Assembly: GCA_035650735.1 (NCBI GenBank)
Contig: DASRGZ010000166.1
Coordinates: 62,001 to 82,630 of the forward strand
DNA: 20,630 nucleotides
From: Chthonomonadaceae bacterium
Lineage (GTDB): Bacteria; Armatimonadota; Chthonomonadetes; Chthonomonadales; Chthonomonadaceae
Reading direction: 5' to 3'
This document shows positions 1 through 7,625 of the stretch, piece after piece. The first letter of the stretch is position 1, and every line of letters starts with the position of its first letter. The notes beneath the pieces are model-generated. The model did no database searches. It was given only the letters and a program-made list of their open reading frames with translations, and was not told the DNA's origin. Position numbers and translations under genes: made by a program.

Positions 1-3000
1 GAGGCGGTTCTCCAGCGCACCGCGCCCCCGCAGGACCTCCTTCCCTACGTCTTTACCCTCGAAGCCGAGCGCCTGGTTGACCTGGACGAAGTGGTGACAC
101 GCCTGGTAGAGATGGGCTATGAGCCGGCCAGCACCGTCACCCGGCCCGGCGAGTTCAGCCGGCGCGGGGGCATTCTGGACGTGTTCCCCAGCACGGCGCA
201 AGCCCCGGTGCGCATCGAGCTCTTCGGCGACGAGGTCGAGAGCATCCGTCCTTTCGACGTGACCACCCAGCGCAGCACCGGCAGGCAGGCCCGCGTCGAG
301 ATAGCCCCGGCCCGCGAGATCCGCCTGACGCCCGCGCGCATCGCGCCGGCCCTGGTCGAGATCAAGGCCGCCTTCGAAGCGCGCAAGGCCGCCTTCGCCA
401 AAGAGGGCACCCGCGAGGCCCGCCAAGCCCTGGAGCGGCTGGCCGACCGCATCAATGCCGATCTAGCTCAGCTGGAGCAAGGCGCCTATTTCGACGGCCT
501 GGAGCAGTACTTCCCCTACCTCGTTCCCGAGCCCATCTGCGCGCTCAATTACCTGCGGCCCGAGGGCGTGGTCGTCCTGGATGAGCCCAACCAGATCCAA
601 GACCACTGGGAGCGCCTCACCGCCGACATCCAATCGGCGCGCGAGCGCCGCTGGGAGCGCGGCGAAGCCCTGGACGTCGAGGTCCATACCTGCGGCTATG
701 ACTGGCTGCTCAGGCAGTTGGAAACGCGCCCGACGCTGCTCCTGTCGCTGCTGGGCCGCGCGCTGGAAGGGCTGACGGTCCGGCAGCGCCTCAGCGTCAA
801 CTCCGCGCCCATGGAGTCGTACCGGGGCCGGTTAAACGCCCTGGCCGACGAGATCGGCGTCTGGCTCGCTAACGACTGCCGCGTGCTGATCGTCTCCGAC
901 CAGCCCTATCGCGTGCGCGAGATCTGCGCCGAGATGAAGCTGCCGGTGCAGCCCAAGGAAGCGCACATCGGGAACGCGCCGGGCCTGTTCGTCGCGCAGG
1001 GCCGCCTGCGCGCCGGCTTTAAGATCGGCGACATTCGCCTCTACCTGATCACCGACGCGGAGCTCTTCGGCAGCGCGCGCCCGGTCGTCAGCCGGCGGCG
1101 GGTGGCCGGCGGCGTGGCGATCTCGTCCGTGCTGGACCTGCGCGAGAACGATTACGTCGTCCACATCCATCACGGCATCGGCATCTATCGCGGGCTGGTC
1201 AAGCGCAAGACCGACGAGACCCTGCGCGATTACCTGCTGATCGAGTACCAGGGCGGCGACCGGCTCTACGTGCCCGCCGACCAGATCGACCGCGTGCAGC
1301 GCTATATCGGCGCCGAAGGCTCCCCACCCCAGATCAACAAGATCGGCGGCAACGAGTGGCAGCGCACCACGCGGCGCGTGCGGGAGCAGGCCCGCGAGAT
1401 GGCGGGAGAGCTTATCCACATCTATGCGGCGCGGCAGGCGGCGGAGCGCCCCTCCTACGGACAGGACACGACCTGGCAGATCGAGATGGAGGAGGCGTTT
1501 CCCTACGAGGAGACCCCCGATCAGCTGCGGGCCATCCGCGACGTCAAGGCCGATCTAGAATCCGACAAGCCCATGGATCGGTTGATCTGCGGCGACGTGG
1601 GCTTCGGCAAGACGGAGGTGGCCCTGCGCGCCGCCTTCAAGGTGGTCACGGCGGGCAAACAGGTGGCCATCCTCTGCCCGACCACGGTGCTCGCCGCGCA
1701 GCACCACTCCACCTTCAGCGAGCGGCTGGCCGCATACCCCATCAACATCGAGCTCCTCAGCCGCTTCCGCTCGCGCCAGGAGCAGGCGCAGACGGTCAAG
1801 GGCCTCAAAGAGGGTACGGTGGATATCGTCGTGGCGACCCACCGCCTGCTGAGCAAGGACGTGCAGTTCAAGAACCTGGGCCTGGTGATCGTGGACGAGG
1901 AGCAGCGCTTCGGCGTGGCGCACAAGGAGCGGCTCAAAAAGCTGCGCGCCTCGGTGGACGTGCTGACGCTGACGGCCACGCCCATCCCGCGCACGCTCTC
2001 AATGGCGCTCTCCGGCCTGCGCGACATGAGCGTCATCGAGGACCCGCCGGAGGGCCGCGCGCCCGTCATTACCTACGTCCGCGAGTACGACGACGACCTG
2101 ATCCGCGACGCCATCCTGCGCGAGCTGGAGCGCGACGGCCAGATCTATTTCGTCCACAATAAGGTCGAGAGCATCTATCACGTCGCCCAACACCTCAAGC
2201 GGCTGGTCCCGGACGTGCGCCTGGAGGTCGGGCACGGCCAGATGTCGGAAGAGGAGTTGGAGCGCGTGATGTATGCTTTCTATCATCACGAGTTCGATCT
2301 ACTGGTCTGCACCACGATCATCGAAAATGGCCTGGACATCCCCAACGTCAATACGATCCTGGTGGATAACGCCGACCACATGGGCCTGGCCCAGTTGTAC
2401 CAGTTGCGCGGACGCGTGGGCCGCTCCAACCGGCAAGCCTATGCCTACCTGCTCTATCGGCGGCACAAGCAGTTGAGCGAGGTCGCCGAGCAGCGGCTGG
2501 CGGCCATTAAAGAGTTCTCCGCGCTGGGCAGCGGCTACAAGGTGGCGATGCGCGACCTGGAGATACGCGGCGCGGGCAACCTGCTGGGCGCGGAGCAGCA
2601 TGGGGCGATGATCAGCGTCGGCTTCGACCTCTATTGTCAGCTGCTGGCCCAGGCGGTGCAGGAGCTCAAGGGTGAGGAGGTCACGGAGGACATCTTGCCG
2701 TCGGTGGACCTGCCCATCACCGCCCATATCCCCTCGGACTACATTCCGGGGGAAGCAGAGCGCATCTACTTCTATAAGCGCATGAGCGCCGTGCGCGAGG
2801 AGGCCGATATCGTCAACCTCCAGGCCGAGCTCGAAGACCGCTTTGGCGACCCGCCCCGCCCGGTCTGGGACGCGCTGGCGGTGCTGCGCCTGCGCCTGCG
2901 CTGCAAGGAGATCGGGATTTCCAGCATCAAAAGCGAACAGGCCAACGGTCGGCCCAGCGTCGCCATCAAATTCGCGCCGCACGTGCGCCTGACGCCCGAC

Positions 3001-3240
3001 GCCATCAAGCTGCTGACCTTCGCCTTCAAAGGCCACCGCTTCACCGCCGACGGTGTGATCGTGCCGCTGACCGGGCCGAAAGTGATGGCGCAGGTGGAGG
3101 AGATGGTCAAGGTGCTGGAGCAGGCGCTGGCAGAGGGCAAGAACGGCAAGGGGGCCAGGCAGGAGCCGGAGGGAGGCAATGGCCGCCGGGGAGCCCAAGG
3201 GCCGCGGCCTATCGAATCGGCGGGCCAACACCGCCGCTAA
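1..3240 (+). CDS. mfd: Transcription-repair coupling factor Mfd (5' end lies upstream of the window)
   Basis: Frame is open from base 1 (EAVLQRTAPP...). UvrB-homology segment (GEFSRRGGILDVF), RID/CarD-like segment (DYVVHIHHGIGIY), SF2 helicase motifs (CGDVGFGKT, VDEEQRFG, TATPIPRT, QLRGRVGR), TRG motif (RDLEIRGAGNLLG) and C-terminal TRCF domain. Confidence 0.98.
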   Translation, partial: EAVLQRTAPPQDLLPYVFTLEAERLVDLDEVVTRLVEMGYEPASTVTRPGEFSRRGGILDVFPSTAQAPVRIELFGDEVESIRPFDVTTQRSTGRQARVEIAPAREIRLTPARIAPALVEIKAAFEARKAAFAKEGTREARQALERLADRINADLAQLEQGAYFDGLEQYFPYLVPEPICALNYLRPEGVVVLDEPNQIQDHWERLTADIQSARERRWERGEALDVEVHTCGYDWLLRQLETRPTLLLSLLGRALEGLTVRQRLSVNSAPMESYRGRLNALADEIGVWLANDCRVLIVSDQPYRVREICAEMKLPVQPKEAHIGNAPGLFVAQGRLRAGFKIGDIRLYLITDAELFGSARPVVSRRRVAGGVAISSVLDLRENDYVVHIHHGIGIYRGLVKRKTDETLRDYLLIEYQGGDRLYVPADQIDRVQRYIGAEGSPPQINKIGGNEWQRTTRRVREQAREMAGELIHIYAARQAAERPSYGQDTTWQIEMEEAFPYEETPDQLRAIRDVKADLESDKPMDRLICGDVGFGKTEVALRAAFKVVTAGKQVAILCPTTVLAAQHHSTFSERLAAYPINIELLSRFRSRQEQAQTVKGLKEGTVDIVVATHRLLSKDVQFKNLGLVIVDEEQRFGVAHKERLKKLRASVDVLTLTATPIPRTLSMALSGLRDMSVIEDPPEGRAPVITYVREYDDDLIRDAILRELERDGQIYFVHNKVESIYHVAQHLKRLVPDVRLEVGHGQMSEEELERVMYAFYHHEFDLLVCTTIIENGLDIPNVNTILVDNADHMGLAQLYQLRGRVGRSNRQAYAYLLYRRHKQLSEVAEQRLAAIKEFSALGSGYKVAMRDLEIRGAGNLLGAEQHGAMISVGFDLYCQLLAQAVQELKGEEVTEDILPSVDLPITAHIPSDYIPGEAERIYFYKRMSAVREEADIVNLQAELEDRFGDPPRPVWDALAVLRLRLRCKEIGISSIKSEQANGRPSVAIKFAPHVRLTPDAIKLLTFAFKGHRFTADGVIVPLTGPKVMAQVEEMVKVLEQALAEGKNGKGARQEPEGGNGRRGAQGPRPIESAGQHRR

Positions 3241-3283
3241 AACAACAAGCGCCGCCGGTGCGTTACTCCGACGACGCTTGCTG
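3239..3283 (-). terminator. Intrinsic terminator-like hairpin of the candidate sRNA; may also act on mfd from the other side
   Basis: Minus strand CAGCAAGCGTCGTCGG-9 nt loop-CCGGCGGCGCTTGTTG-TTTT. It pairs fully with three G-U pairs on the minus strand, which are A-C mismatches on the plus strand. Confidence 0.7.
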
Positions 3284-3371
3284 GATGTCCCATCAGTGTG
3301 CCTGGGAACAAGTCTTCTGCCTGAAGCCAACAGGCAGAAAGTTAAGAAAGGGAATACCCTATGCTGCACAC
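3239..3371 (-). ncRNA. Candidate ~130-nt antisense/antitoxin sRNA
   Basis: Own sigma70-type promoter (3404-3376). The 5' end (3369-3345) is complementary to the RBS/start of the peptide gene (3633-3607). Internal hairpins at 3339-3315 and 3309-3287, and a terminal 16-bp hairpin (3283-3243) followed by TTTT. Confidence 0.7.
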
Positions 3372-3375
3372 TAGA

Positions 3376-3404
3376 AGTTTAGCATAGAAAGCTAGACTTG
3401 TCAA
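3376..3404 (-). promoter_or_regulatory. sigma70-type promoter for the candidate sRNA
   Basis: TTGACA (3404-3399), 17-nt spacer, TGn extended -10 plus TAAACT (3381-3376). Predicted start at about 3369-3371. Confidence 0.8.
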
Positions 3405-3458
3405 TGGATTGTTGGCAAGTCATGCCAGGAGCTAGAGCGCGCACCGTAGCGCCCTGGG

Positions 3459-3492
3459 GCGGCTGCCCTGGCGTTACCGCCAGAACAGCCGC
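3459..3492 (-). other. 15-bp stem with GUAA tetraloop immediately 3' of the small peptide gene
   Basis: Minus strand GCGGCTGTTCTGGCG-GTAA-CGCCAGGGCAGCCGC. Fully paired (two U-G) only on the minus strand; GNRA loop. Confidence 0.7.
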
Positions 3493-3498
3493 ACGGCG

Positions 3499-3615
3499 TT
3501 AACGCTTACGCCGCTTGTTCCGTTTGTCCCGCAGGTAGTCGAGCAGTCTTGAACCGAAGTTCAGCACTGCCGCTGCCAGCGCCAGAACAAGCTCCCAAGT
3601 GCGCTCGTGCAGCAT
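3499..3615 (-). CDS. 38-aa small membrane peptide, type I toxin-like (MLHERTWELVLALAAAVLNFGSRLLDYLRDKRNKRRKR)
   Basis: ATG at 3615, strong SD AAAGGAG (3631-3625) 9 nt upstream, TAA at 3501-3499. Hydrophobic core followed by a strongly basic tail. Below the ORF-track size cutoff. Confidence 0.75.
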   Translation of the reverse strand: MLHERTWELVLALAAAVLNFGSRLLDYLRDKRNKRRKR

Positions 3616-3676
3616 ACAGGTTTTCTCCTTTCTACCCCGGCAAATTGACCTGGCTAGGGTCGCGACCGAGGTATAA

Positions 3677-3707
3677 ATAGTAAGACATACGTGCGCTCTG
3701 TTGTCAA
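3677..3707 (-). promoter_or_regulatory. Possible promoter of the small peptide gene
   Basis: TTGACA (3707-3702) with TACTAT (3682-3677); the 19-nt spacer is long, hence the modest confidence. Confidence 0.4.
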
Positions 3708-3726
3708 CTCAGAAGATAGACAGAGG

Positions 3727-3783
3727 TATAATAGTTTGGCGCTTGATCGCTCTGCGCAGGCCGCGATCCGGCCTGCGAGAGCG
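3727..3783 (+). promoter_or_regulatory. Probable pdhA -10 box and 5' leader hairpin
   Basis: TATAAT at 3727-3732 with no good -35 at 17 nt. Hairpin CGCTCT-G-CGCAGGCCG-CGATC-CGGCCTGCG-AGAGCG at 3748-3783. SD GAGGAGG at 3837-3843. Confidence 0.45.
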
Positions 3784-3853
3784 TTAGCTATATGCAGAGG
3801 CGGCAACACCTGCTAGCCGACTGCGCCCCCTGAGAAGAGGAGGAAAAAACGGG

Positions 3854-4864
3854 ATGGCGAAAGCCGCAACAAAAGGCGCCCCCAGCGGTCTGGACCGCGA
3901 GACGTCTTTGGAATTGTTTCGTATCATGCTTCTCATTCGCCGCTTTGAGGAGCCTTGCGATAGGTATTATCGTGCGGGCAAGATGGGCGGCTACGTCCAT
4001 TACTATATCGGCCAGGAGGCGATTGCCGCCGGCATCGTTCCGCTGCTGAGGCCGGGCGATTATATGCTCTCCCACTACCGCGATCACGGCCACGCGCTGG
4101 CCATCGGCACCGAGCCGCGCCGCATCATGGCGGAACTGTTCGGGCGGGCTACCGGATGCGCGCACGGCAAGGGCGGCTCCATGCACCTTTACGATGTCGA
4201 GCATGGCTTTCTGGGCGGTTACGGCATCGTCGGCGGCAGCGTCCCGCTTTCGGTCGGCGCCGCCTTCGCGCTCAAGTACCGCAACCAGCCCAATGTCTGC
4301 GCGACTTTCTTCGGCGATGGCGCCATGCAGCAGGGCGCGGTCCACGAGGCGATGAACATGGCCGGGCTCTATAAAGTGCCCTGCCTGTTCATTCTGGAAA
4401 ATAACCGCTACGCCATGGGAACCTCGGTGGAGCGCCACTCCTCCCAGACCGATTTCGTTAAGCGCGTCACCAACGCCTACAATATCGCGGGCGAGCGCGT
4501 GGACGGCATGGATGTGCTGGCCGTGCGCGCTGCCGCCGAGCGTATCCTGGATCAGATGCGCGAGACAGGCGAGCCCTACTTCCTGGAGGCGATGTGCTAT
4601 CGCTACGTCGGGCACGGCTACGCCGATAACCCCCAGCAGCAGAAGTTCTACCGCACCGAGGAAGAGATCGAGCGGTACCGGCAGCGCGATCCCATCGCGA
4701 CCTACCGCCAGCAGCTATTGGAGTCGGGCGTGGCGACGGAAGAGGAACTTGAGGCGATGGATGAGGAGATCAAGGCTATTGTCACCGACGCCATTGAGTT
4801 CGCCGACAACAGTCCCTTCCCCTCGCCCGATAGCCTCTATGAGGATGTCTATACGGATATTTAA
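3854..4864 (+). CDS. pdhA: Pyruvate dehydrogenase E1 alpha subunit
   Basis: TPP-binding GDGA...ENN motif, YIGQEA, HYRDHGH, GKGGSMH; followed by E1 beta and E2. Confidence 0.9.
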   Translation: MAKAATKGAPSGLDRETSLELFRIMLLIRRFEEPCDRYYRAGKMGGYVHYYIGQEAIAAGIVPLLRPGDYMLSHYRDHGHALAIGTEPRRIMAELFGRATGCAHGKGGSMHLYDVEHGFLGGYGIVGGSVPLSVGAAFALKYRNQPNVCATFFGDGAMQQGAVHEAMNMAGLYKVPCLFILENNRYAMGTSVERHSSQTDFVKRVTNAYNIAGERVDGMDVLAVRAAAERILDQMRETGEPYFLEAMCYRYVGHGYADNPQQQKFYRTEEEIERYRQRDPIATYRQQLLESGVATEEELEAMDEEIKAIVTDAIEFADNSPFPSPDSLYEDVYTDI

Positions 4865-4867
4865 GCA

Positions 4868-5038
4868 ACCTAACCCCCCAGCCCCCTTCCCTCATAGGGA
4901 AGGGGGTGGAGCAAGGCTATGCCTGCTCCTGCTAGCTCTGTCTTTCCGAATCATCGAGAAGAGCAGAGGAGAGAATAGCGAGCGTACTAACCTGGGTCAC
5001 CCCCTTCCCTTGTAGGGAAGGGGGCCGGGGGGTTAGGT
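4868..5038. repeat. ~170-bp palindromic intergenic element with terminal inverted repeats that are themselves hairpins
   Basis: ACCTAACCCCCCAGCCCCCTTCCCT-CAT-AGGGAAGGGGGT at the left and ACCCCCTTCCCT-TGT-AGGGAAGGGGGCCGGGGGGTTAGGT at the right; further hairpins inside. Confidence 0.85.
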
Positions 5039-5052
5039 CAGGAGATAATGAA

Positions 5053-6045
5053 TTGGCGATAATGCGATATTCGGAAGCGCTCCGCACAGCCATGATCGAG
5101 GAGATGGAGCGCGACCCCAATGTGTTTGTCTGCGGTGAGGAGGTCGCCCAATATCAGGGCACGTTCCGCGTCACCGAAGGCATGTACCAGCGCTTTAAGG
5201 ACCAGAATCACGGCCTGCGCGTCCTGGATACGCCCATCAGCGAGGCCGGTATCGTCGGCCTGGCGACCGGGGCGGCGATGGCGGGCCTGCGCCCCGTCGC
5301 CGAGTTCATGACCTGGTCGTTCGCGCTGGTAGCGATGGACCAGATCATCAACCATACGGCCAAAATTCACTACATGAGCGGCGGCGAGGTCCGCGTTCCG
5401 GTCGTTCTTCGCGGCCCGGCGGGCACAGGCAATCAGCTCTCCGCGCAGCACTCGCAGAGCCTGGAAGCCTGGTACGCCCACGTGCCCGGCCTCAAGGTGG
5501 TCATGCCCAGCACGCCCAGTGACGCCAAGGGCCTGCTCAAAACCGCCATCCGCGACGATAACCCGGTCATCTTTATGGAGCACGCCGGCCTCTACTCACG
5601 GCGCGGCGAGGTGCCGGACGACCCGGAGTTCCTCATTCCCTTCGGCGTGGCCGACATCAAGCGCAAAGGCGAGGACGTCACCCTCGTCACCTACTCGCAC
5701 TCCGTCTGGATCTGCCTGGCGGCGGCGGAGAAGCTGGCGGCGGAAGCGGGCATTGAGTGCGAGGTGATCGATATCCGTACGCTCGTGCCGCTGGATATCG
5801 AGACGGTGCTGGCCTCGGTGCGGCGCACTAACCGGGCCGTCGTCGTGCATGAGGAGTGGAAGAACGTCGGGTTTGGCGCGGAGCTGGCCAGCCGCATCTA
5901 CGAGGGCGCGTTCGATTACCTGGATGCGCCGGTGGAGCGTGTCGGCGGGCCATTCGTGCCCATGCCCTACTCCAAGCCTCTGGAGCGCGCCGCAATTCCG
6001 CATGAGGACGACGTGATCGCAGCCGTCAAGCGCGTCCTAGCATAA
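5053..6045 (+). CDS. pdhB: Pyruvate dehydrogenase E1 beta subunit
   Basis: TTG start with AGGAG SD (5040-5044); motifs GEEV, DTPISE, RPVAEFM, AQHSQ, EVIDIRTL. Confidence 0.9.
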   Translation: MAIMRYSEALRTAMIEEMERDPNVFVCGEEVAQYQGTFRVTEGMYQRFKDQNHGLRVLDTPISEAGIVGLATGAAMAGLRPVAEFMTWSFALVAMDQIINHTAKIHYMSGGEVRVPVVLRGPAGTGNQLSAQHSQSLEAWYAHVPGLKVVMPSTPSDAKGLLKTAIRDDNPVIFMEHAGLYSRRGEVPDDPEFLIPFGVADIKRKGEDVTLVTYSHSVWICLAAAEKLAAEAGIECEVIDIRTLVPLDIETVLASVRRTNRAVVVHEEWKNVGFGAELASRIYEGAFDYLDAPVERVGGPFVPMPYSKPLERAAIPHEDDVIAAVKRVLA

Positions 6046-6049
6046 CAAC

Positions 6050-6153
6050 AAGGATGAAGGATGAAGGATGACAAGGGCAGAGGCCTTTCTTCCTTCCTCC
6101 GATGAAAAGAGCAAGGGCTTTTCTTCATCCTTCATCCTTCATCCTTCATCCTT
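6050..6153. repeat. Inverted arrays of a tandem heptamer: (AGGATGA)3 ... (TTCATCC)4
   Basis: AGGATGA x3 at 6051-6071 and TTCATCC x4 at 6124-6151, directly before the pdhC SD (AAAGGAG). Confidence 0.9.
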
Positions 6154-6166
6154 TAAAGGAGAGAGT

Positions 6167-7528
6167 ATGGCGGAAGTACGGATGCCCAAGATGGGCGACG
6201 GTATGGAGGAAGGGACGATCCTTTCCTGGCTGAAGAAAGAGGGCGATCCGATCAAGGAAGGCGAAGCCATTGCCGAGGTGGAGACGGACAAGGCCAACGT
6301 AGAGATACCGGCAGAGGAGTCGGGCGTCCTGACCCAGATCGTCGTTGGGCCCGGGCAGACGGTGCCGGTCGGGGCCGTCATCGCCCAGATCGGAGCGCCC
6401 GGCGCGACGGCGGCAACCGGAAACGGCACGCAGGCTCCTGGCGCGGGCGCGCCTGTGGCGGAGCCGCGCCGTCCCACCCCTGAGCAGAAGGTGCCGGAAA
6501 CGGAACCGGTGCGCAGCGCGGAAGGCGCCGGCGTGGCGCGGGAGGAGAGCACGCTGGCCTCGGAAGCGAGGACGCCTATCGAGGCCGAGGCGGGCGTCCC
6601 GGAAACGGAGCGCGTGCTGGCTTCGCCGCTGGCCCGGCGCATGGCGCGGGAACTGGGCATCGATCTGGCTCGCCTGCGCGGCACCGGTCCCGGCGGCAGC
6701 ATCCGCAAGCGCGATATTGAGGCTTATCAGGCCACCGCGCAGCAGCGCCCGCCCGCCGCGCCGGTCGCCCTGCCGGAACCGACGCCCGCTGCCCCCGCTG
6801 CTCCGCGTGTGGCGCCGCCGGCACCCGCGCCCGCTCCCGCCGCGCAAGAGATCAAGCCGAGCAAGATGCGCGAGGCCATCGCCCGGCGCACGGTGCAGAG
6901 CAAGCAAACCATCCCGCACTTCTACGTTACGATGGTGATCGAGATGGACCGCGCGCTGGCGCTCTTAAAGGAGCTTAACGCCGACGCTCCCGACAACAAG
7001 ATCACCGTCAACGATATTATCGTCAAGGCGTGCGCGGTCGCCCTGGGCAAGGTGCCGCAGGTCAACGCCACCTGGACCCCGGAGGGAACGATCCGCCAGT
7101 ACCGGGAGGCGCATATCGGCGTCGCGGTCGGAATCGAGGAGGGACTGATCATCCCGGTGGTGCGCAACTGCGAGAGCAAGACGCTGCGCCAGATCTCGGC
7201 GGAGGCGAAGGCGCTCATTGCGAAGGCGCGCAACAACCAGCTTAAGCCGGAAGAGTATAGCGGCGGCACGTTCAGCACCACGAACCTGGGCATGATGGGC
7301 GCGGATGAGTTCCTCGCCATCATCAACCCGCCGGAGGCGGCGATTTTGGCTATCGGGGCCATCGCGCGCGAACCCGTTGTCGTCGGAGAGAGCGATGAGA
7401 TTGCCATCCACTCCCGCATGAAGGTAACTCTTTCTGCCGACCACCGCGTCCTGGATGGCGTGGTGGCGGCGAAGTTCCTCCAGGAGGTCAAGCGCGCCCT
7501 GGAAGCCCCCTTCGCGCTCGTCTCCTGA
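6167..7528 (+). CDS. pdhC: Dihydrolipoamide acetyltransferase E2 with a single lipoyl domain
   Basis: ATG 6167 after AAAGGAG. Lipoyl motif ETDKA, E3-binding domain (ASPLARRMARELGIDL...GTGPGG), Ala/Pro linkers, catalytic DHRVLDG. Confidence 0.92.
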   Translation: MAEVRMPKMGDGMEEGTILSWLKKEGDPIKEGEAIAEVETDKANVEIPAEESGVLTQIVVGPGQTVPVGAVIAQIGAPGATAATGNGTQAPGAGAPVAEPRRPTPEQKVPETEPVRSAEGAGVAREESTLASEARTPIEAEAGVPETERVLASPLARRMARELGIDLARLRGTGPGGSIRKRDIEAYQATAQQRPPAAPVALPEPTPAAPAAPRVAPPAPAPAPAAQEIKPSKMREAIARRTVQSKQTIPHFYVTMVIEMDRALALLKELNADAPDNKITVNDIIVKACAVALGKVPQVNATWTPEGTIRQYREAHIGVAVGIEEGLIIPVVRNCESKTLRQISAEAKALIAKARNNQLKPEEYSGGTFSTTNLGMMGADEFLAIINPPEAAILAIGAIAREPVVVGESDEIAIHSRMKVTLSADHRVLDGVVAAKFLQEVKRALEAPFALVS

Positions 7529-7546
7529 CCTCCCTACGAAACGCAA

Positions 7547-7590
7547 GCCCCCTCCCTGGTCGATCAGCGAGGGGGCCTTTTGCTTTCTAT
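7547..7590 (+). terminator. Intrinsic terminator after pdhC
   Basis: GCCCCCTCCCTGGT-CG-ATCAGCGAGGGGGC stem followed by T-rich CTTTTGCTTTCT. Confidence 0.75.
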
Positions 7591-7625
7591 TGCCTTCCAA
7601 TCCCTGTTGCGTCACGAAGGCACGA

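Noticed and set aside
2299..3369. 356-aa minus-strand ORF starting at the sRNA start site
   Set aside because: Mostly an antisense shadow of mfd, no recognisable motifs or RBS, and it runs through a terminator hairpin.
3361..3387. Plus-strand mini-ORF MLHTRSLA with an SD-like AGAAAGGGA
   Set aside because: Explained as the mirror image of the anti-RBS sequence; it overlaps the minus-strand promoter and has no evident plus-strand promoter.
3650..3850. Possible riboswitch in the pdhA leader
   Set aside because: Hairpins are present but no complete consensus (TPP, ZTP, SAM, c-di-GMP) could be matched by eye; an Rfam scan would be needed.
6068..6166. 33-aa N-terminal extension of pdhC in the ORF track
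   Set aside because: It translates the heptamer repeat; the SD and lipoyl domain point to ATG 6167.
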